Shown: one piece after another, positions 24,501-34,390 of the stretch
Position numbering within the stretch: the stretch's first letter is position 1
How the letters are laid out: every line of letters starts with the position of its first letter
Assembly (NCBI GenBank): GCA_013265495.1
Contig: MU057999.1
Span: 124,001 to 188,000, forward strand
Origin: Vicugna vicugna
Taxonomy: Eukaryota
DNA length: 64,000 nt
Reading direction: 5' to 3'
Position numbers and translations under genes: made by a program
The notes under the pieces: model-generated
The model's input: only the letters and a program-made list of their open reading frames with translations
What the model was told of the DNA's origin: nothing
The model's database searches: none

Positions 24501-26191
24501 AACAAACTTTGACCTAAACCTCACACCTGTACAAAAATGAACTCAAAATGGATCATAGATTTAAATGTAAAATTACAAATCTTATACAAGAAAACACAGG
24601 AGCACACCTTCCGGAGCCAGGATTTGGTGAAGGGTTTTTAGACATGACACCAAAAGCAGGATTGAGAAAATTAAAAATTGATCAATTGGACTTCCTCAGA
24701 ATCGAAACCTTTTTCTCCGTGAAAGATCCTATTAAGAGGCTGAAAAGATAAGCTATGGACTGGGAAAAAGTATGTATACACTACATGCCCAACAAAGGAC
24801 TTGTATCTTACATATGCAAAGAATTCTCCAAACAATAACTTAAAAATCCAACTAGAAAATGGACAAAATATACTACATATTTCAGTGAAGAGGATATACA
24901 CATGGCAAAAAAACACATGAAAAGATGTTCAACCTCACCAGCCGTTGGGGAAATGCAAATTAAGACCATGATGAGATATCACCACACATTTATTAGAAAA
25001 GCTGAAATAAAAAGCAGTAACTACACCAATTGCTGGCAAGGATGTAAAGGAACTAATATTATGGCCCCTCTGGAAAACAGTTTGGCAGTTTCTTTTTAAA
25101 AATCAACGTGCAACTACCATATGACCTAGCAAATGAACTCCTGGGCATTTACTCCAGAGAAATGAGAATGTATGTCCACATGAAAACAGGTACATGACTG
25201 TTCATTGCAGCTTTATCTGTAACAGCCCCAAACTGGAAACAACCCAAACGTCCCTCAGTAGGTGAATGGTTGGACAGATCACAATACCCCCATGCCATGG
25301 ACACAGTACACAGCCATCGAGAGGAATAAACTATTGATACACGGAACTACCTGGATGGGTCTCGAAGGCATTGAGCTCAATGGAAAAGAGCCAATCTCAA
25401 AAGGTCACATAGTGCATGACTCCACTTATACAATGTTCTCAAAATGACAAAAATACAGTGATAGAGAGCAGATTAGGGATAGTAGGAGGAAGGAGGTCTT
25501 TGTGGCGATGGGATAGTTCTCTTGAAGCGGTGGGGTGGTGGTTCCCTGAATCTGTGATCAGCACTCACATTGCAATGTCAATTTTCCTGCCTTTGGTATT
25601 CTACTATAGTTAGATAAGACGGAACTATTGGGAGGAACCAGGACCTCTTATAACTATTTTTCCTAGGAATCTATAATTATTTCACAGTAAATCATTCTTC
25701 CAATTATTCTGTGGCAGCACAGGTCACAAATTCATCACCAGGATGCAAAATGAAAGCTAGGAAGGGCTCTGGGCACAGTCACAGGAGGAAAGGGTCTGAG
25801 TGACCTTTCACCCACCCGACTCCATCCCACTCATTTCCATTATTCTCCCTCCCCATTCCCTCAAACCATCCCTGAAACCTGTCCCCACAACACACATGCA
25901 AGCAGGGCATGTGATGGAGAGGGCTGGGCTGCACAGCAGTTAGGGGCCCTGACTCTAGAGGCTCACATTCCTGGCTCCTCAACACCCCACCCCTTCTGGC
26001 CGTATCCACGCCCAAAGATCAGCCTCACCAAGCCTTGTTTTCCTCATCAATAACAAGGTAACGGACAGTAACAGTATCCAGTTGATAGAGGTGTAATATG
26101 GATCACACAGGGGTAAAATATTTCCACAGTTACCAGTACCTGCAGGCAGGCCTGTTGCTGCTAGCTACTCTTGCTAATTGGGGACATTATT

Positions 26192-26531
26192 TTTTTAAGC
26201 TTTTATTTTTATTTTATTTATTTTTTTATTGACGTATAGTCAGTTACAGTGGCAATTTCTGGTGTACACCATAATGTTTCAGTCGCGTATATATATATAT
26301 GTGTATTCATTTTCATATTCTTTTTCATTAAAGGTTATTACAAGATATTGAACAGAGTTCCCTGTGCTGTACAGAAGAAATTTGTTATTTATCTATTTTT
26401 ATATATAGTGGTTAACATTTGCAAATCTCAGACTTCCAAATTTATCCCTTCCCGCCCCTTTTCCCCTGGTAACCATAAGATCATTTATTATGTTTGTGAG
26501 TCTGTTTCTGTTTTGCAGATGAGTTCATTAT
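26192..26531 (-). mobile_element. 5'-truncated lineage-type L1 3' end with TSD
   Basis: T-rich tail; ggttattacaagatattgaacagagttccctgtgct...ggtaaccataag...gtgagtctgtttctgttttg. TSD ggacattatt at 26182-26191 and 26532-26541. Confidence 0.88.
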
Positions 26532-26699
26532 GGACATTATTATTATTAACTGTAGTTTCTCTTAACTATTAACTTCGAATCGTGAAATGTAATTGGCAGA
26601 GTAACAGATCCTAAATGACGTTTGAACGTGCAGTCCTGTGTGTTGAGGTGAGAACTGACCTCACGATGATGCCAATCCCAGAGAGCCCAGCATGACTTA

Positions 26700-26885
26700 C
26701 AAAGCCCCCTTCTTACGCCTCATTCCACGGAATCCTTAGGGAGCCTGCCCTCCAGGGGGAACTGTTCATATTACCCAGTTTTTTCACTTAAGGACCCTGA
26801 GGCTCAGGAAAGGCAAGAAATGCTTCCCTGTATCACTGAGTTAGCAAGAGGCTGGCATGGGACTTGGGTCTCAGTCCCATGGTTT
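26700..26885 (-). mobile_element. MIR SINE fragment
   Basis: Degenerate core ctgaggctcaggaaagg...ttagcaagaggctggcatgggact. Confidence 0.55.
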
Positions 26886-27704
26886 CATCCCCTTTCCCTA
26901 AATCATATGGTACGTGGGGTTTTGCAGGAATGTCATTAAAAAATCAGTTAAGTTTGTCCCAACAACAAGGAACCTGGAAAAATGGTGGGTCCTCAGGTTG
27001 GGTGGCCCCTGTTCCTCCTCACATTGTAAGACATGTGTAGTCTGTACCCCACTAGGAGGGGAGGATGCAGAGCAGCCAGGGAACCTCCCATTGGGAAAAG
27101 GAAACCTCTCATCAAATAGCAAAGCCCCCAGAAGCCAGCACCACCTGCTGGAAGAAGAGGCTTCAGGGAGTTTAACTAATGGAATTCCAGTCCTCAGATT
27201 TGCCTTGAGATAGTCAATCTCCTACCTGGTTTCAGGCTGATAAGCAAAACTAAGTGTAAGTTGCTCCTAACCCTGGTCCTAGAATTACTATGGCTCAACG
27301 GAGGCAATGATGAAAAGAATCTGGTTTTTAGACTCAGGAAAAAGTCTCAACTCGTGTGAGCCTTCAGGAGGCCAACTGGCATGGGCCCAGGCCTCAGGCG
27401 TGTGTGGCTAAATCATCAGCACGTGATAAATTATCTTATTTTTATAGATCTTCAAAGAAACTGCTGCCATAAACTCATTTATTTTAGGGACTCAGGGCAG
27501 GTCTGAATGGATCAATCTCATCCGGGGTTGCCCTCGCTGTCAGCTGCCCCTCGTGCCCCCAACCCCAAGAATGGTGAAAACGGAAGGAGCTGCCCCACCC
27601 TGGCTCCATCCTGGGACTTTCTCTCTTCAGACCACCCAACAGTTGCTCCTACCTTTTGCTCCCAATTCCAGACAAACACCAAATTTTTAACAGCTCTCTG
27701 CTGA

Positions 27705-28130
27705 AACTTCCCTAAGCTCTCTTAAATGGTGGGACCAGAACCACACACAGTGTTCTTAGCAGGGTCTGGCCAAGGGTGAGGAGATTTGAAGATTATTTTA
27801 AACTATCTCAAAATTTCTATCTTATTTCTATCCAATCATAGAATCAATTCAGCCTTTGCTTACTGAGGTGTGGGGAAAGAGCAGAAGCAGGAGTGGCGAT
27901 CCCAGCTCTACTGCTAATAATGTGAGTAAGTACATAGGTGGGCTGTACTGTGACCTCCAGATCCCTTTCTTTTGGACACACATAACCAGCCCACAGAGAC
28001 CCCCATTTTCCCTTTGTGTGATCTGGGTTCCCCTTAACTGCACCACTGCAGGCTTTACCTAGCCCCATCTGATGGCATGATTGTGGGAAATAGCTTTTCT
28101 GCACCACAATCACCTGCCTTGACCCCAGGG
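27705..28130 (-). mobile_element. Ancient CR1/L3 LINE remnant
   Basis: ttaaatggtgggaccagaaccacacacagtgttcttagcagggtctggcca resembles the inverted CR1 RT segment (LVRPHLEYCVQFWAPHF). Confidence 0.5.
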
Positions 28131-29109
28131 AGCCCTGACATGAGCTCAACAACCTCCCACATCCTCACCACAGGGGGCACATTAGGCAACAAAACCTGAG
28201 TGTGGACTCAACCAGTCGGGTGCTCCTGGACCTGTGAGGGGATGGAAAGCAGTCCTGACCCCCTGGGAGGAAAGCGTCCTCACAATACAGCTGCCTACCC
28301 CATCTTTTCTTCACCAACTCTCCATACCCTGGCACACAAGAGGCACCTTTTCAGTAAAGAGACTTTACTGAATCTACTGTGAGGGCCCGCTGCCTTTCGG
28401 GGTCCAGTTCTGGACCAGGAAGGCTGGTCCCAGCGCTGCAGGGATGGTTGCCAGCCTCCGGGGAATTCTCAACATTGCAGGTAGCAGCGTGTCCAAGTAG
28501 CAAAGCCCACGCGATGCTGCCCTTGGGGAAGGCAAAAGCCTGGGGAAGGAGAACAGCCCTTCTGGCACCTACCCAGGATGAGATGGGCTCTAATCTCCTT
28601 TATCTGGGAGGGACCACAGCCCGTCCGCTACAGGGCGCCAGGCCAGGCATCCCCAAGCCCACTCCCTTAACGAAGTTAACTGCCCACAGCAGACCAAAAA
28701 AGGTGCCCGCCAGATGTTCTTTTTCAATCAAAGAACAGGACTCGGCTAGTGCCAGAACTATCTGAATAGAGTTGGCCCAATAAGCAGGTACTTTCATCGC
28801 TCTGTTTATTCCCATGACACGGGCGTGTGAACGCGCGCACACAGTCGCGCACGCACAGACGCACACACGCACACATGCACATACACAGGCACTCGCACAC
28901 GCCCAGCACGCGCTTGCCTGTCCAAGCACCCCTCTCCCGCGGTGCGGGGCCGGCGGGGACGCGTCCTGGAGCGCCGCACCGACGGACGGACCGCAAGGGT
29001 GGAAGCCCGCGCCCCCAGCGCCTCTTGAGCGCCCGCAGCAGACGCCGGGGCTCCTCCGAAGGTGCGCCCGGAGCGACTCCTGCCCAGATGGCCCGGGTTC
29101 TCCGCTCAC

Positions 29110-29205
29110 CTTAATGTTGCTGAAGATAGAGCGGGGACAGCGGCCGGCTCGGTCCGCAGAGGCGCCGCTGCCCTGGCGCGCGCTGGACTCGGGCAGTAGC
29201 CCCAT
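29110..29205 (-). CDS. SLCO2A1: SLCO2A1 (prostaglandin transporter, OATP2A1) coding exon 1, 32 codons, phase-0 donor; remainder of the gene lies beyond position 1
   Basis: Translates MGLLPESSARQGSGASADRAGRCPRSIFSNIK, closely matching the recalled human N-terminus [32 protein letters not shown]. Kozak context gccgccaccaccaccATGG. Exon ends AAG|gtgagc after exactly 96 nt, as in human exon 1. Lies in a CpG island downstream of a TATA box. Confidence 0.95.
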
Positions 29206-29331
29206 GGTGGTGGTGGCGGCAGCGCGGGGCAGGAGGCTAGGCGAGCGGGGCCGGGGCGCTTGGCTGGGCGGGCAGCCGGCGGGTGGCGGGCTCAGCGGCG
29301 GTGGCTGGAGGAGGCACGCAGCGCGGAGTCT
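29206..29331 (-). other. SLCO2A1: Predicted 5' UTR of SLCO2A1; TSS inferred near 29331
   Basis: Inr-like CTCAGAC about 30 nt downstream of TATAAAA on the minus strand. GC-rich, with no upstream ATG. Confidence 0.6.
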
Positions 29332-29356
29332 GAGCGCGAGGGTGCGCGCCCAGAAG

Positions 29357-29363
29357 TTTTATA
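29357..29363 (-). promoter_or_regulatory. TATA box (TATAAAA) of SLCO2A1
   Basis: Plus-strand ttttata reads TATAAAA on the minus strand. It is an isolated AT patch in a very GC-rich island, about 150 nt upstream of the ATG. Confidence 0.8.
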
Positions 29364-29367
29364 AGTG

Positions 29368-29388
29368 GCCGCCGCCGCCGCCGCCGCC
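29368..29388. repeat. (GCC)7 trinucleotide tract abutting the TATA box
   Basis: Seen directly. Confidence 0.95.
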
Positions 29389-29457
29389 GATGATGAAACG
29401 CGGGCTCCCTCCTCCCTCTTTTCCTCGGGTGTCAAGGGCACTGCGAGCCCCCGCCCC

Positions 29458-29481
29458 GCCGTCGCCGCCGCCGCCGCCGCC
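29458..29481. repeat. Interrupted GCC tract: GCC GTC (GCC)6
   Basis: Seen directly. Confidence 0.95.
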
Positions 29482-30859
29482 TCCCCCTCAGGCAGGTGTG
29501 AGGCTGGGCCCGCCGCGCTTGACCTCGTTCCGGCCGGGGTAGTCTCCGCGCCCGCACCCCGCTGGGACCTGCAGGGCTCGACCGCCGCGGGAGAAGGTCC
29601 CGCCCGCCGGAAAGCGGATCGGGAGACTCGAGGGGACCGGAGCAGGGATCGGCACAGGGCTTCGGGTGCGGGAGCAATAGGGAGGGGAGCGAGGGGCGCT
29701 GGAGGGGCCAACGGGAGCCCGGAGGGTTGAAGAAGAACCGACGATTCTGAAGGGAAGGGGAGCCTCCGCGCCCCTCCCGACGCGCCCTGGGAGATTTACG
29801 GAGCCGGTCTCTGCTTGTTTGCACTCGCCGAAAACCTGGGCTCTCAGTTCCGGTGATGGCTTTGAGACTCGAGGAGGCTCTGTGTCGAGGACTGATTTAT
29901 ATTTAAACTGCTCTTTGCGCTGGAGAGGGGCTGGGTAACAAAGGTGGAGAGGTGGGGGCCGCCCGGGGCTGGGTCTGAACTCTCTGGACCAGAGCCAAGG
30001 TAAACTGGAGGTGCTGTCAAGTGTCAGCGTGGCTGGGTCTGGCCTGGAGTGTTGTGGTGGGGAGGAAGGGGGAGAGGAAAGAGGGGGAGGGAGGCCCCCG
30101 TGAAAAAAACGGGATCTACCTCCACCCCCGCCTCCCACCCCACTGATCTGATCTCCTTCTCAGGGCTGGAATAGAATAGCCACTTAATTTTTTTCCCCAA
30201 GATTTTTTTCCACCAGGATACGTAGTGCAGAAAAGAGAAGGAAGGTGAGACTTTTGAGAGAAGGATAAAAACTCTGCCAAAAGCAGTTGCAATAAGAAAT
30301 CCAGTTCTGGACATAGTTTTCCAGCTCCCTAATTCCTGCAATTCCCTGCAGAGCCAACCGCTGCAAGCCCCCGCCCCTCTGCTATTCCCCGGAAAAGATG
30401 CCCCTCCATACTCAGGAAGATTTGGCTAAGACGGGGCCACAAAACAGATGGACCACATAGGTTTCTTATTTCTACCCACGGCGTGATGCCTTTCCAGGCC
30501 TATGCTGGGCTGTCCAGGGGCTTCTCCTTTCTACCTGTGTCCAAGGAGTCTTAACAGCATGCAGCGCTGGAGGAAAAGCCATTGGACACTGGGTGGCCTT
30601 AGGGCGCTCCACCCACCCACAGAGCAAGGGGCATCCAGAGAGGCTTTCCAGAGCCCTGTAGCAGTCACAGATCTAGAGTAGACGTGCAACTCCAGGCACC
30701 AGTGTGCCATCTTAGAGAACTTGCACACAAGGGTGGCTGCCTCCGCAGAGCACGCGGTGCGCATTTGGCACTAGGCTGTAACAGCCATGGCGGGTTGTGC
30801 CAGGCAGTCTGCTGGAACGCGCATGCGTGATTCCACAGAACCCCAGTGTTAGCCCAACA

Positions 30860-31010
30860 GTTATAGGCACTATTACAATCTGGATTTACAGATGATGATG
30901 ATGAAGTCAACCAAAAACAGCGTCTGAAAGCCACACAGCTAGTAAGTGATGGAGCTGGAACACGAACCCAGCTTCGCCTGACTCCAAAGCCCGGATTTGC
31001 AGCCCTGTGC
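30860..31010 (-). mobile_element. MIR SINE fragment
   Basis: atttacagatgatg...ccacacagctagtaagtgatggagctggaacacgaacccag...tgactccaaagcc. Confidence 0.75.
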
Positions 31011-31329
31011 CCTTTGAAAAGTTATCTGTTCCAGCAGCCTCATTTCACAAGTGAAACTAAGTAGAGGCCAGAGAAGACCCAGACAAGGTCGTGGTCACAT
31101 TAGAGCCACCGTGACTGGAGCCTCCCTCAAACTCTGCGTGAGACCTGGCTGTGGTCCTCTGATAGAACCCCAGGGAGGAGCAGCCTCTCCAGCCCTCACC
31201 TTGTCCTGCCCCATGAACCTTGCCCAGTGTCAGGACCAGTATCATCTTTAAAGGAAAGGCTTATTCACAAATGCCCACAGATGGTTATCTACCATCCTCT
31301 GCCTTTTCTAGGGGCAGTTCAGCTAAATG

Positions 31330-31680
31330 CAATGGAGGCTCAACCAAAGCTGGGGCTTTAATGAGACTTACTTGTCTTTCTACAGTAAGAAGTCTGCTAG
31401 TCGGTAGTCCAGGTGTCAGGACCTAGGTCCCTTCAAGATTCCTTAGTGTGTGGCTCTGGTCCTCATGGCTGGCTCTTCATCACAAGATGGCTACTCCACC
31501 GCCAGCCTCCTCTCCTAATTCCAGGGGAGGAGGACAGGAGAAGACAGGAAACAGGAAGGCGCCATGCTCACATTAGGGAAGCAGATCTCTCCCGTGCATG
31601 CTCAGCAACTTTTCCTTAAGCCTTGTTGGCCCAAACTGGGTCACCGGGCTACCCTCCATGAAGGAGGCTAAGAAGTGGAG
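31330..31680 (-). mobile_element. Old MaLR LTR (MLT1J/K/L-like) remnant
   Basis: cacaagatggctactcc...ttggcccaaactgggtcaccgggctaccc...aggaggctaagaagtg. Confidence 0.55.
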
Positions 31681-31769
31681 TTAACCCTCTGGCTGCTCCC
31701 TCTCACTGTCTGCATGTAGAGTAACCCATTTCGGGAAAAGAGCACCCCCACAATCTGTTTCCAAGACTC

Positions 31770-32930
31770 TCCCCAGATCCTTTGATTTCAACAAATGTTT
31801 CTCAGCACCCTAGAAAAACAAAGCACCAGGACAGCCCCTGACTTCAAAGACGCTATGGTCTCAAAGTCTTCAAAGACTTTATGGGGAGCTAGGAGACAAA
31901 GCGTCGGTGTGCTATTGTGCGTGCCTGCTATGGGAACACAGAAGAGGGGTCCCAAATCATCCTGGGGCAGCAGGAAGACCTCCTGGAGGAGGTGAGTTTT
32001 AAAGTGAGCCCTAGGACCCAGAAGGATTAGAAGGATTAGGGTAAAAGAGGGTAAATCTGCTCCGATTTCATTCTGGCTGGAGCATAAGACCTGGGGACAG
32101 TGGGAAGGTCTGTGGTGAAGAAATTGGAATACTGAGTAGCACTCAAAGTGTAGGTCTTATCCCCAGCATAATGGAGAGCCTTTAAAGGCTTCCGAACAGA
32201 GGGTGACCTGGGCTGGTTTGCATTTTATGTGGGCCTCTCTGGCAGCTGGGCCAGAGTACAGGGGGGCAGTCGGGGGAAGGAATCCCAGGAGCTCTGCGGC
32301 AGTGAGGATGGTCCTGGGGAGGAGAGGAAGGCCCAAGAGACATTGAAAGGAAATGGCCTCCCGGTGTCAGTGGGGGAGATGTTAGGGATGACTCTCAGTG
32401 TCTAACTTGGGCAACCTGCATTGGTGACGCCAACTACTGGCTGAGGGGACCCAGGGAACGCGGTGAGTCCCCCTAGGTGCATTCTGAGTTCAGACTACCT
32501 AGAGCACATGCAGGCAGCGCATCCAGCAGGCAGATTAGTGTGGGGGATGTTCAGGGCAGATGCTGGGCTGGAGATCGGGGCTCCAACCTCTTGCATGAAG
32601 GCAGTGGGTAAGCCTCGAGAACGGAGGAATGTCTCAACAAGAATGACTTGGAGAAGTTGGTCCAGGACCAGCCACAACAACACCCAGGTGGCACAGGGCT
32701 TGGAGCCAGCAAATGAGATAGAGGGGAAGAGTCCAGTGCGGAGGGAAGTAATCCTGGGAGTGGGTGTCGATAGAGCCCAGGGCAGTGTTTCAAGGAGGAG
32801 GTCAGAAACACCCTAGGATGCTGAGGAAAGCTGGCAGTGAGAACCTTGGCAAGAGTGTTTCCAGTGGGTGATGTGAGCAGGGGCCAGACTACATGGGCTA
32901 AGGAGGAGCTGAAAGGGAGAAAGTGCAAAC
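31770..32930 (-). mobile_element. L2 LINE remnant
   Basis: Inverted L2 tail (tcaacaaatgtttctcagcacc) followed by degenerate L2 body (aatggagagcctttaaagg, tttgcatttta). Confidence 0.65.
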
Positions 32931-33309
32931 AGAGGCCAGCAGTAACTTGCCTATTGAGTGCAGAAGGAAGGAGGAAGGTAAAGGATCTGAGCAACTCTGG
33001 CCCTCCCCAAACTTCCCAGGCTTCCTTTTGGCCTGAAGCTGGAGCAGCTGCAAAGCCCTCCGGGCTTTTGCTCACGCTGGCCCCCTCCTGTGCTGCCTGC
33101 CTCGTAGCACTTGATTTCTACCCTTCAAGAGCACCTCCTGTTACTACATCTGTTCTGGGCCCCCAGAACAACAGTAGAACCTGTCACGTACGGTATCCCT
33201 TGTCACTCAGGAAACAGAGGTCATTATGCCCATGTTACAGACAAATAAACTAAGACTCGAGGCTCTTGGCTAACACGCACCATGCGTTCCTGCCCTTATT
33301 ATTACCAGT

Positions 33310-33520
33310 CGCAGTGGAGACCATACATGTTGCTAAGGGCACAGACCCTGGAATCAGACACAGATGCCACCACCTTCACGTCATCTGTGTCACTTTGTCT
33401 GGTCTGTTTAACCTCTCAGCATCTCTGTGCCTTCTTATTAAGTCAGAGATACCAGCGTCCCCCTCCTGGGGCGGTTATGCAGTGTGTGTGAGGTGGTGCC
33501 TAGAGTTCCTAGTACATCAG
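33310..33520 (+). mobile_element. MIR SINE fragment
   Basis: gctaagggcacagaccctggaatcagac...ctgtgtcactttg...ttaacctctc. Confidence 0.6.
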
Positions 33521-34159
33521 AGGTCTTGGTGTGGGGAGCTGCCCTTGCCCTGGTGGTTGTCAGGATTGATGGTGATAAGGACACCCATGTCTCTTCCTCC
33601 AAGTCAGCTGTGAGCTCCTTGGGATAAAGATTCTGTGCTGATTTTTTTGTGTTCCCCACTTGGCCCAGCATATCCTGTTGCTTTAAAAAATGCTTATGAA
33701 ATGGAATTGAGCTAAAATGAATTCCAGAAAGACCCAGGGACTAGGGAAGGCCTCACTGCTCCTGAGGCCTCCAGACTCTCACGGTCTCTGTCAACCCCCA
33801 CTGCCTGCATTCCATGGTGGCGGGAAGGGGGAGAACCCTCCCTTCTGCCCCCTGGAGTCTTCACATGGTCAGTCTTGCCGTCACTAGGGCCCCCTCTGTG
33901 TGTTTATCAGTCCCTGGACCACACCCACCCCTCCTGCAGCAGCTGATGAAGGTCTGCTGACAATTGGGACTCATGTGCGATCATGAATTAACTGTGGTCA
34001 CCCAGCTCCTAGTGTGCCAAGGTTGTGGGGGGAGGGCCTGGCCAACGAGACTAGTAAGCCCCACCAGAGGTGGAGGGCACCTCTGCAGCCACATGCTCCA
34101 CCACTGCGTCACTGTCACTGGTGGAACAGCCTGCTCTCCTGTGGGCCACCCTGGGCACT

Positions 34160-34390
34160 AGTTTATATCTTTATTGCACAAACACACAGTGTTGACAGTC
34201 CTTTCCTGGCACCGGCACAGTGCTGATTCACTTAATCCTCGAAACAACCCAGTGAGAAGGGTTCCTTTGATTAGTGCCATTTTATATTTGGAGACACTGA
34301 GGCACAGAGAGGTGAAGTAACTTGCTCAAGGCCACACAGCTACAGTGGTAGAGCCAGGATTTAAACCTCCTGTGTCCTGGTGCAGAGTGA
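34160..34390 (-). mobile_element. MIR SINE
   Basis: cacttaatcctcgaaacaacccagtgag...actgaggcacagagaggtgaagtaacttgctcaaggccacacagct. Confidence 0.85.

Larger units (their letters stand above)
23920..25700 (+). mobile_element. Old L1 (L1MB/MC-type): degenerate ORF2 C-terminus plus 3' UTR, antisense to SLCO2A1
   Basis: ORF pieces KYGQLIFNRSAKVIQYRKDSLFNKWC and MAKKHMKRCSTSPAVGEMQIKTMMRYH match the L1 ORF2 C-terminus. Multiple stops and frameshifts. Confidence 0.92.
1..29109 (-). other. SLCO2A1: SLCO2A1 intron 1 (5' part; continues off the window)
   Basis: Starts with gtgagc at 29109. No sequence encoding exon 2 ([23 protein letters not shown]...) was seen by eye or in the ORF track. Human intron 1 is recalled as ~50 kb. 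Confidence 0.8.
28810..29900. promoter_or_regulatory. CpG island spanning the SLCO2A1 promoter, exon 1 and start of intron 1; GC boxes (CCCCGCCCCGCC) at ~29449-29460
   Basis: Very high GC and CpG density relative to the flanks; Sp/KLF-type GC boxes. Confidence 0.9.

Noticed and set aside
19181..26583. Shared 11-mer cttcgaatcgt just beyond two L1 fragments
   Set aside because: Hundreds of chance 11-mer matches are expected in 64 kb.
28600..29205. 201-aa minus-strand ORF starting at the SLCO2A1 ATG
   Set aside because: Only the first 32 codons match SLCO2A1. The rest is read-through past the gtgagc donor into GC-rich and CA-repeat intron sequence.
28814..30138. Several long overlapping ORFs (242, 216, 139, 130 and 121 aa) with poly-Pro/Ala/Arg
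   Set aside because: Stop-codon depletion in the CpG island and GCC tracts; no recognisable protein.
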